Below are positions 44,891 through 52,776 of a DNA stretch of 61,364 bases, piece by piece. Under the pieces are notes generated by a model. The model ran no database searches and was not told the DNA's origin. It saw nothing but the letters and a program-made list of their open reading frames with translations. Made by a program: the position numbers and the translations under genes. Positions within the stretch are counted from its first letter, which is position 1. Each line of letters opens with the position of its first letter. The stretch spans positions 1-61,364 of IMG/VR virus record IMGVR_UViG_3300025892_000021; one strand, written 5' to 3'. Source of the DNA: a virus. Taxonomy: Duplodnaviria; Caudoviricetes.

Positions 44891-45647
44891 GTTCTAGGTA
44901 ACTTTCGAATGAAAATTCATCACTTGATGAATGATCTAAATTAGGACAATCTAAAGATCTGGCTCTAGCACCAAAACTTCTATTGCAAATACATTTATAA
45001 GTTTGGAAAGCTGCAAAATCTTTTTTCCTTTTATAAAAAATACTTTTAGTCAAATAAGTGTCATATTTATTTTTAATACAATATTCTTTTACTAAAGGTT
45101 CAACTATTAAATCGAAAGGTAGACCATTTCTTTCTATAAAAAATTGAGGCTTACAAAAAGAAAAATCAGGAATACAATTTTTAAAATTTAAACAATTATT
45201 AAATAAAAAAGAATCGTAAAAAGGAATAGCTAAAATTAAATCATCTGAGAAATAATCAGATAGATGTTTGTAATCTATTCTTCCCCATCCCTCTACATTT
45301 GCAAAACTATAAATTTTATTTAAAAGATTACAGCCTTTTTTATTTTTAGCAAAAATAATAATCTTACTGTCATCTGAATTTGAAGAGTCTTTTGGGTTTA
45401 CTAAACAATCTTGGCAAATTGAAATTCTTAAACCAAAAATTAAATTTATATTTAAAGATTCAGCATTTTTCAAAGCTTCTAGAAATCCTGTAAGACAATC
45501 TTCAACTAAGACGACATTTGTAAGATTATTACTTACGGCTATGTCAAATATACTATCGCTAGAATACTCGTCATTATCTGAACTAGGCAAATTCAGATTT
45601 AAAATACTTTTTCCTATGGAGAAATCAGACTTAAATAATGGAAGCAT
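44877..45647 (-). CDS. stand-alone PHP domain of split DnaE (predicted leaderless)
   Basis: PLFKSDFSIGKSIL, IFGLRI, IIIFAKNKKG..LL.KIYS.A; promoter TTGACA-N18-TATAGT-N6-ATG at 45654-45683. Confidence 0.8.
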   Translation of the reverse strand: MLPLFKSDFSIGKSILNLNLPSSDNDEYSSDSIFDIAVSNNLTNVVLVEDCLTGFLEALKNAESLNINLIFGLRISICQDCLVNPKDSSNSDDSKIIIFAKNKKGCNLLNKIYSFANVEGWGRIDYKHLSDYFSDDLILAIPFYDSFLFNNCLNFKNCIPDFSFCKPQFFIERNGLPFDLIVEPLVKEYCIKNKYDTYLTKSIFYKRKKDFAAFQTYKCICNRSFGARARSLDCPNLDHSSSDEFSFESYLEHESS

Positions 45648-45689
45648 TCATTTACTATAACATGAATACATACATAATGTCAAGTAAAA

Positions 45690-45971
45690 TTAAGTTATTA
45701 TTTTTCTTTTAAACTTCTGATCTCTTTCTAATTTGTCCATTTGTTGTGCTTGGACTTCGCCCTTATGTATAATTTTAATCGGTTTCTTTAGTTTTTTTTC
45801 AACTAAAGGGTCGTGACCGTAAATTTCTCTATATTCACTCTGAGTAGACTCAGGCGGCTCTGGAGTAGGCTCAGGTGGCTCAGGCGGCTCTGGAGTAGGC
45901 TCAGGTGGCTCAGGCGGCTCTGGAGTAGGCTCAGGTGGCTCAGGCGGCTCTTGGAGGCATTCGATCTTTAT
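45690..45971 (-). CDS. start-less 93-codon frame, predicted -1 frameshift extension of 45968 gene
   Basis: IKIECLQEPPEPPEPTPEPP...GHDPLVEKK...KRKIIT*; opens at the A10 run 45971-45980. Confidence 0.6.
   Translation of the reverse strand: MKIECLQEPPEPPEPTPEPPEPPEPTPEPPEPPEPTPEPPESTQSEYREIYGHDPLVEKKLKKPIKIIHKGEVQAQQMDKLERDQKFKRKIIT
45851..45950. repeat. 30-bp perfect tandem repeat, 3.3 copies (EPPEPPEPTP on minus strand)
   Basis: caggcggctctggagtaggctcaggtggct x3 plus partial. Confidence 0.95.
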
Positions 45972-47035
45972 TTTTTTTTTACTGCAAATTGAGATGTAGC
46001 ACAGACTATCATCATTATAGCTAAAGGATCAAAGACAAAAATTATAACAATAATAATAATTCTTACTGCGTCAGATAAATTTATTTCAGAACCTGTAGAG
46101 TCACTAATAAGCTCAGCAACATATTTTACTGGGCCTACTTCAGTTTCTATCGCTAAATTTTTGTTAGACAATTCGAACTTTTCTAAATTCAATTTATCGA
46201 TTGATTCATATGCAATAGCGATTTGATTTTTATAACCACTTATCTCAGTAATGCTATCATCATCTACTTGGTAATCTTTATTTTCAAATTTTTGGATTTG
46301 ATCTCTAATTAAACCAACTTCAGTTTCTGCCTTTTTTCTTAAATAAGAAATATTTTCTGTATAAGAATTTATTTTTTCTTGAATACTTTCTCTTTCTTTT
46401 GATTGAGACTCCTCTAAGTCTTTTATTTTTTTGCCTTGGCTTGAAAATATCCCACCCTTTTCGCTTCGAACTAATGTTAATTGAGCATCAAGTTCAGATA
46501 AGCGAGTATCAAGAGATCTCATCGCTTCCTGATCTATCGAAATGTCTTTTTCCATTCTATCGTAAATAGATTGTATTTTTTCTACATTAGAATCTATAAT
46601 ATTTTTATCTCTATCTTCTACTGAATTATCTGCATCTTCTATCTTAGATATTAAAGATTCATTTCTTAAAATGGCTTGTTCTTCTCTAATTACTTTGGAA
46701 TCAATTTGTGAAACCTTGAGGTTTATAGATTCAGAAACACTTTGATGCTCTATATGAGCCTTACTTAAAAATCCAAAAATACCCATACTAGTAATTAGCA
46801 TTAGTACTATAATAGCAAAAGAGAGATACGACTTAGAGAAAAAAGATACAATTTTCCAATTCCTATGAGTCCAGACCGCACTAATGATCTTGGCTACTTC
46901 AAGAGCAATAGCCATAACTACAACAGCAGTTACAGCTCCTGGAAACATAGTCGCAATGCCAATAACACTAAAGAAAGCGGCAACAATAGACAGCCCTAAG
47001 GCTGATATAAGCAATAAAATATTTAATACTTTCAT
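45968..47035 (-). CDS. multi-TM coiled-coil phage membrane protein
   Basis: 3 N-terminal TMs, LEVAK, ITSMGIFGFLS, EVGPVKY, IFVFDPLA; ATG 47035 is 10 nt after GTGTA; ends KKK on A10. Confidence 0.85.
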   Translation of the reverse strand: MKVLNILLLISALGLSIVAAFFSVIGIATMFPGAVTAVVVMAIALEVAKIISAVWTHRNWKIVSFFSKSYLSFAIIVLMLITSMGIFGFLSKAHIEHQSVSESINLKVSQIDSKVIREEQAILRNESLISKIEDADNSVEDRDKNIIDSNVEKIQSIYDRMEKDISIDQEAMRSLDTRLSELDAQLTLVRSEKGGIFSSQGKKIKDLEESQSKERESIQEKINSYTENISYLRKKAETEVGLIRDQIQKFENKDYQVDDDSITEISGYKNQIAIAYESIDKLNLEKFELSNKNLAIETEVGPVKYVAELISDSTGSEINLSDAVRIIIIVIIFVFDPLAIMMIVCATSQFAVKKK

Positions 47036-47045
47036 ATTATATATA

Positions 47046-47086
47046 TACACAAATAAAAAAAATATAAAATTTTAAAAAAAAGTGTA
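47046..47086. promoter_or_regulatory. divergent pair of GTGTA-class promoter motifs
   Basis: minus GTGTA-TATATATAAT-ATG and plus GTGTA-TAATAGTATT-ATG, separated by an A/T tract. Confidence 0.6.
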
Positions 47087-47096
47087 TAATAGTATT

Positions 47097-48221
47097 ATGG
47101 GAGAACTTGATACATATATAGCAGAGAAATTTAGTTGTGTTGGACAATTTAACGGATTCCCTTTTCTATTAAAGGAGAAACCGTCTTATATAACTGGAGA
47201 AGGAATAGGGATGACTGGTACGAGAGCCCTTCAATCTACCGTAAATCATTATTGGAATCTGCAAAGCATACAAGCAGAATTCGTTATTAAAACTATAACA
47301 GTTCCAGCAGGATATGAATCTGGGTTTGCCTATTCAACAGGCATTGGTCAAGTAGGCGCAAATTTAAACACTGGTCATGTAGTTGGTGTTGAGTATGAAG
47401 TTGTAGATTCGTTTCTTGAAAGTGGGTTTGAACCATCTGATAGGCAATATTTTGAAGTAACTGGAGAGTCTCAAAGTCTCACTGTAGATAATTATGGTCT
47501 AATAAATGGAAGCGGGTCTGGGTACGCATCTTGTTTTGTTTCAAAAGAGCCTAATTTTTATGTCCCAATAACTATTCAGCCAGATAATACAGGAGCATTT
47601 TTAATTACAAATGAGTCTGGAGTGGCTGAGTATTTTCAAGGATTATCTGATTATGGTAATTATGAAAAATTTGAAATGAATATGATGTTCGATTACGGAA
47701 ATCAAACATCTGACGAAGTAGGAGGAGAGTTTAATAATATAGAGTATTATTCATTCCCTCAAACTGGATATATAGTTCCGAAACAAGGATGGAGTTTTGA
47801 AATTGAAGCTTCAAAAGTAAAAGGGTTTTATTATGAATATGAATATATAGATCCAGATTCAGTAAAACCTCAAGGGGGTTTGGTTATTAATAAAAATAAC
47901 CCCATGAAATTTATAGATTCTAGGCAAGGAACTAGTTTAATAGGAGAACCTTTGCCTGGTGGATCATCTCAATATATAGACACTAGAGATCAAAACGGAC
48001 TAGTTACATGTGGGCTTCCAGGACCTAAGAAAAATAGTTATACTGGCTCGACATTCAATCAAACATTCCCCAAAAAAGTTGCTAAAAAATCAAGGAGCGG
48101 CTCTAAGAAAAATAGAAAAGTTCCTACAGCTAGAAAAAAGAAAGTAAACGATAAAGTATCAGGAGGGGCTGCTAAATTCGTACCTAATTGGACTGTAAGC
48201 GGAATAAATCGAAAATTATGA
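47097..48221 (+). CDS. TG/SG-rich putative virion protein with basic tail
   Basis: ATG 47097; recurrent TG/SG dipeptides; Lys/Arg-rich C-terminus. Confidence 0.6.
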   Translation: MGELDTYIAEKFSCVGQFNGFPFLLKEKPSYITGEGIGMTGTRALQSTVNHYWNLQSIQAEFVIKTITVPAGYESGFAYSTGIGQVGANLNTGHVVGVEYEVVDSFLESGFEPSDRQYFEVTGESQSLTVDNYGLINGSGSGYASCFVSKEPNFYVPITIQPDNTGAFLITNESGVAEYFQGLSDYGNYEKFEMNMMFDYGNQTSDEVGGEFNNIEYYSFPQTGYIVPKQGWSFEIEASKVKGFYYEYEYIDPDSVKPQGGLVINKNNPMKFIDSRQGTSLIGEPLPGGSSQYIDTRDQNGLVTCGLPGPKKNSYTGSTFNQTFPKKVAKKSRSGSKKNRKVPTARKKKVNDKVSGGAAKFVPNWTVSGINRKL

Positions 48222-48341
48222 TCTCTTCTTGATTGTCTGTTGTTTTGACTTGGGAAGTAAACCTTTTTTTAAAAGATTCGCGTATCGCTTTAAGCGATCT
48301 TCTCTATCTTTAGCTTCTTTCGATTCAACTTTCTTTGACAT
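48216..48341 (-). CDS. small basic protein (41 aa, not in track)
   Basis: MSKKVESKEAKDREDRLKRYANLLKKGLLPKSKQQTIKKRS. Confidence 0.45.
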   Translation of the reverse strand: MSKKVESKEAKDREDRLKRYANLLKKGLLPKSKQQTIKKRS

Positions 48342-48426
48342 GGAATTTAATATCTTGCCTTTTCTTTTTTAAGAGAAGATTTCCTTTAATGAAAACTAAA
48401 TTATTATTTTTTATTAAAACTGACAT
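48325..48426 (-). CDS. small ORF (33 aa) after GTGTA motif
   Basis: GTGTA-N9-ATG; MSVLIKNNNLVFIKGNLLLKKKRQDIKFHVKES. Confidence 0.35.
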   Translation of the reverse strand: MSVLIKNNNLVFIKGNLLLKKKRQDIKFHVKES

Positions 48427-48434
48427 ATTATGTA

Positions 48435-49499
48435 TTACACGAAAATATCTGAATCGTCAGTTTTAAAATGAGGGCACCCTTCATAAGTCTTTTTTTCAGA
48501 ATACTCTCCTTCAGCTAGCATTACATCTTCTTCTTCGAAGACAGATCTTAATAATTTACCTTCTTTATTAAAAATTGCATAATAATCAAATGGTTTTCTA
48601 TGTTCACATATAAAACTTTGAATCTTTTCTCCACTTTTATCTAAAACATATTTACCTCTTAATTTTTTAAAACCATGCTTCCCGCACATAAGTGGCCCCC
48701 CAAATGTACCATCAGATGGATAATTTTTTTCAGCAGCAAAGTTAGAGCAAGCATCCTCCTCGTTAAAATTTTCTAAATATTCTTGAACTGAACTCAATTG
48801 ATATTCAAAACCTTCAAGCTCCTCTTCTGAGATTCTTTCCATTGTTAAAACTCCCTTCCCAGGATTTCCTAGAAGGTCTTTAGAAAGATCAAATTTTACA
48901 AATAAAAATTCTACTTCCACTTCTTTATATTCAGGGTATAGTTTTTTTACCGCCAAGCAATACATTAAATTTTGTAAATTATCAGATATTTCTTTACCTT
49001 TAAATACTTGCTTGCTAGTTTTAAAGTCCCTAATTAAAGCTTTTTTTTCATTTGAATATAAAAACAACTTATCTATAAAACCTCTAATTTTATATTTTTT
49101 TCCACCTTCGTTTATCACTAAATTAAACTCTTTTTCTGATATGTCTTCAGAAGGTTTTGATATATCTGCGCCGAAAAAATCATATAGAAGACCCTCTACT
49201 GTCATTGTATCTATAAGCTCCATATTCTCATCATCTGCAACATTTAATTTAGAGGCATAAGACTTAACTAATTTTGTTACAGCCTTTGATGCGTGTATAG
49301 TCCCAGAAGCAATTATAGAATCATAATGATGTCTATGTCTTTCCTTGCCTAAAAGCTCAAATACCAAGTGGCAGACAGAACCTCTGCTAGATCCATCATT
49401 GCCTTTTTGTGGAAGCTTTAACACATAAGAGCTCCAGTATTTCCAGCTGCAACTTTGAGCTGTTTTTATTCTACTGGCAGAAAGAAAAACATCATGCAT
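48435..49499 (-). CDS. RecB/AddB-like PD-(D/E)xK exonuclease
   Basis: LSASRI...C..KY, GSVCH..FE, RGFIDK, DFKTSK, Q..MY, C-terminal Cys. Confidence 0.85.
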   Translation of the reverse strand: MHDVFLSASRIKTAQSCSWKYWSSYVLKLPQKGNDGSSRGSVCHLVFELLGKERHRHHYDSIIASGTIHASKAVTKLVKSYASKLNVADDENMELIDTMTVEGLLYDFFGADISKPSEDISEKEFNLVINEGGKKYKIRGFIDKLFLYSNEKKALIRDFKTSKQVFKGKEISDNLQNLMYCLAVKKLYPEYKEVEVEFLFVKFDLSKDLLGNPGKGVLTMERISEEELEGFEYQLSSVQEYLENFNEEDACSNFAAEKNYPSDGTFGGPLMCGKHGFKKLRGKYVLDKSGEKIQSFICEHRKPFDYYAIFNKEGKLLRSVFEEEDVMLAEGEYSEKKTYEGCPHFKTDDSDIFV

Positions 49500-50532
49500 A
49501 ATTATTTTTAAATTTTTTAAATTTTTTGAAAAAAGTTTGAGGCATTTTTTTATATTTCAGCATTTTGTCAATTTGTTTTATTATATTAATGTCATGAGCC
49601 TGTTTTTCTATATTTTTATTAGATTCAGCCCATTGATGAATGTCGCTTGAGTCCATATCTCCAAAGTCATTTTTTTGAGGAAGACTTATAAATATTTTAT
49701 TATAATCTATGAAAGATTGAAGTTTTATAAAGTTTTTTAGAGCACCATTTAAACCTGCATTTTGAGAAGACATTGAGTCATTATTAAATGATATAAATAT
49801 TTTTTTAGGACTTAGTCCTACTAAATAAGATATTAAGGATGGGGAGATGTCCACTCCAAAAGTACAAAGAGTGTTTCTAATTCCATTTTCAAATAAATTT
49901 AACATATCACCTATACTTTCGACAAGAATAACTTCATTATTAGAATCTATATATGATTTTGATATGTGATTAGGATAAATCCACTTTGATTTTACTCCTA
50001 TGTGCTTCCATTTAGGTTTATCTTTATGGTCTATCATGTCTCTTCCTGAAAAGCCATGTATTTTATTATTTAAATTATAAATAGGGAAAACAAATCTTTG
50101 ATACATTTTTCCCTCAGTAGCAAGCCCTCCTTGAAAAACTTTAAGAGTTTCGGAGCTTATTCCCTTGTTGTTATAAAATTTATAATGAGGCAATAGTCTC
50201 TCTAGACAATTATCTGGATATATTTTTTCCATTTTTATTTTTTTTGGAGAATGAGAAAATTCAAAATCAAAAGGCTTTCTTTTAGTATAATATTTTTTAA
50301 CAATTTCATCATCATCTGTCCCTAATGTAATTTTTAAAAGTTTTTCAAAGGGCATGAACGCTGTTTGCTGGACATAATCTTTCCATATTCCAGTGTCTTT
50401 ATATATTTGTATCGCAGTGTTATTGTCTCCATTTCTATAGACAGCACTAGTTTGCCAATAAGAACCTCTATCGGAGAGTTTATAGCCCAATGAGGTTAAC
50501 ACCTCTTCAAAATTTTGATTATCTTTATCCAT
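49492..50532 (-). CDS. dnaG: DNA primase (TOPRIM)
   Basis: RFVFPI...GFSGR...KWKH, LVESIGD, NDFGD; start ATG 50532 overlaps helicase end. Confidence 0.8.
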   Translation of the reverse strand: MDKDNQNFEEVLTSLGYKLSDRGSYWQTSAVYRNGDNNTAIQIYKDTGIWKDYVQQTAFMPFEKLLKITLGTDDDEIVKKYYTKRKPFDFEFSHSPKKIKMEKIYPDNCLERLLPHYKFYNNKGISSETLKVFQGGLATEGKMYQRFVFPIYNLNNKIHGFSGRDMIDHKDKPKWKHIGVKSKWIYPNHISKSYIDSNNEVILVESIGDMLNLFENGIRNTLCTFGVDISPSLISYLVGLSPKKIFISFNNDSMSSQNAGLNGALKNFIKLQSFIDYNKIFISLPQKNDFGDMDSSDIHQWAESNKNIEKQAHDINIIKQIDKMLKYKKMPQTFFKKFKKFKNNYA

Positions 50533-52045
50533 TGAATAAATCTGGAAGGTCACTTTCTCCGTCAGTTTCTGGGGAAACACCCTCTATTCTAAGATGCTCA
50601 ACCAAGTCTCTTAAATCTCCCCTCTCCCTTATGTTAAAATTATTAAAATCTAAGTTTATAAAATTATTTTTTAAAGACCCATCACCCATTCTTATAGGTT
50701 GTATCGCTCCCTGTGGGTCTTGCCCTAAAGATCTATTTTTCAAAGCAACAAGCTTATGAGTCCCGAAATTTAAATGTTCTGCTATTTCGGCTGGCTCCTT
50801 GGCTCTAAGTATAAACATATGAGAACAAAATTGAATTATTCTATCTGATAGCGAAACTACTGTTTCATCTTCAACTATATTATCTGAGCTCCTATTTCTA
50901 CTTGTACCCAATCTGTTCATTTGAACACTTGTCATCATAGATATAACTGGCTCTCCGTCAAATACTATTTCTTTTTGAATTAAAGCTTTAAATTTATCAA
51001 CCATTTCTCCAACAATTTGCCACTCGCTCTTATTGGAGCTAGAAGAAGCAAAAGTTGTCTTTATGTAATCAAAGCTAAAAATCATTTGATTACCTCTTTT
51101 AACTTTAGAAAAATAAAATTTTCTAATAATATTTATCATTTCATCTACAGACATTCCTCCACAATTAAAATAATAAAAGTTCATTTTTTGGATTTTTTTC
51201 CAAACAGATCTGACTTTATTAACAACTTCGTCTCCTGCTTGCCTCCATCTACCTGTTTCTAATAAGCTTAATTGAACTCCAGAGATTGCTGCACACTGCC
51301 TCATTATAAGCTCTTCTTTACTCATTTCTCCATTATCAAAATGTAATATTGGAATGTGATCATTTGATGCTGAAACTTTAGAGCAAAAATCCATACAAAA
51401 TTGAGTTTTACCTATTCCTGATCTAGCCACAACAACACTAATATTACCTGGCCTAAGTAAAGATCCATATATTTCATGCAATCTATTATGAGGGCCAGCT
51501 AAACCAAAGTCATCTATTGGATTATTTCCCCTTTCTTCTATTTTTTCTTCCATCACTTCATATAAATTTTCTGGAATAGATTCAGAAGATTCATATATAT
51601 TTATCCTTTTATGATAAAGTTCATCAGCTTTATTGACGATTTCATCATAAGAACTGTTAGCCATTTTGTTCATGGCTTTACTTATTTCTATACCAGATTG
51701 AGATATTTCCCTTCTTATTGTGACCTTTTTAAGTTCTTTTGCAGTTTTTAGAACCGATGCAAAAGACATTTTTCTCATAAAAAGAGCTTGAATGTATTCC
51801 AAAGGATCTATCCCTTCTTCAAAAGAAATACCTAAAGATCTTAATTGATCAGAAATTAAAATCTCATCTAAAACTTCGCCTTTTTCTAAAGAAGATCTTG
51901 TTACGAAAAAAATAGATTTATTAAGCAAACTACTCTCTGAATAAAAATCCGACTCAGATATAAAAGGAGATATTTCAAAAAATGAATCTGGATGCTGTAA
52001 GAGTCCGCTTAGTAAATGTTGTTCTAAATCGTAGTTGTATATCAT
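50525..52045 (-). CDS. dnaB: replicative DnaB-like helicase
   Basis: ARSGIGKT, EMSKEEL..R, FDYIK, QMNR, KNR; promoter TTGACT-N17-TATGGT at 52055-52083. Confidence 0.88.
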   Translation of the reverse strand: MIYNYDLEQHLLSGLLQHPDSFFEISPFISESDFYSESSLLNKSIFFVTRSSLEKGEVLDEILISDQLRSLGISFEEGIDPLEYIQALFMRKMSFASVLKTAKELKKVTIRREISQSGIEISKAMNKMANSSYDEIVNKADELYHKRINIYESSESIPENLYEVMEEKIEERGNNPIDDFGLAGPHNRLHEIYGSLLRPGNISVVVARSGIGKTQFCMDFCSKVSASNDHIPILHFDNGEMSKEELIMRQCAAISGVQLSLLETGRWRQAGDEVVNKVRSVWKKIQKMNFYYFNCGGMSVDEMINIIRKFYFSKVKRGNQMIFSFDYIKTTFASSSSNKSEWQIVGEMVDKFKALIQKEIVFDGEPVISMMTSVQMNRLGTSRNRSSDNIVEDETVVSLSDRIIQFCSHMFILRAKEPAEIAEHLNFGTHKLVALKNRSLGQDPQGAIQPIRMGDGSLKNNFINLDFNNFNIRERGDLRDLVEHLRIEGVSPETDGESDLPDLFNG

Positions 52046-52087
52046 ATGTTATGAACCATAACATAAAAAATAAAAAAAGTCAAGCTA

Positions 52088-52348
52088 TTATTCTTCAGGA
52101 ATATCAAAAGATATTTCACCCTCTTCTAATTCAATAAGGTATTTTTCTAAAGCTTTTCTTAATCCCATTTCTACTATTTGAGAGCTACTTCTAGAGTAAA
52201 CAAGAGCCCTCCCTTTGTCATCAACGTAAGTAAGAACATAACCAGAACTACCTTCTGAGTTACCAGTAAATTCATAAAGTTGATCGAGGAAGCTCTCTGG
52301 TATTTGGAAATTCGGAATATCCTCTGGATTAAAATCTTTTTCTTGCAT
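52088..52348 (-). CDS. hypothetical protein
   Basis: 86 aa; ATG 12 nt after GTGTA (52361-52365). Confidence 0.7.
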   Translation of the reverse strand: MQEKDFNPEDIPNFQIPESFLDQLYEFTGNSEGSSGYVLTYVDDKGRALVYSRSSSQIVEMGLRKALEKYLIELEEGEISFDIPEE

Positions 52349-52365
52349 TACATAATATGTTACAC

Positions 52366-52776
52366 TTATAAATCTATTCCGAGCTTTTTAAAAAAACTTT
52401 TATTTAGAACATCTGATTCATAAATTTCGATAAGTTTTATATCATTAATATCACAAAAATCTGACTTTTGCTTATCTCTTCGAAGCTGATCTATGTAATT
52501 CATTTTATGATTTCCATGAAAAAATGGAACATATTTCCTATGTTGTTGTCCTTGAACCTCTACTGCAATTTTTTTTGAAGCATTATAGAAATCCAAACTT
52601 AACTTAGTTCCAGCGACAGGGAATTCTTCAAAGACAACATGATTAAACCAAAAATCTTTCAAAAATTGCTTAGTATTAAACTGAATTTTACTCCTACTTG
52701 ACTTTTCCCAGTCAATTATATACTTCCTTATTTTTGGAACTCTCTTTTCACTGCCATGTAATGTTTTAAATTTCAT
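52366..52776 (-). CDS. Vsr/DUF559-like endonuclease
   Basis: LDFY...IAVEVQGQQH...FFH...RD..K..FC. Confidence 0.8.
   Translation of the reverse strand: MKFKTLHGSEKRVPKIRKYIIDWEKSSRSKIQFNTKQFLKDFWFNHVVFEEFPVAGTKLSLDFYNASKKIAVEVQGQQHRKYVPFFHGNHKMNYIDQLRRDKQKSDFCDINDIKLIEIYESDVLNKSFFKKLGIDL

Noticed and set aside
45851-45950. 30-bp direct repeats as a CRISPR array
   Set aside because: Units are head-to-tail with no spacers and encode a Pro/Glu peptide in frame
48435-49499. Cas4 / CRISPR adaptation gene
   Set aside because: No cas1/cas2 or array; sits after primase and helicase, as expected for a phage RecB-like exonuclease
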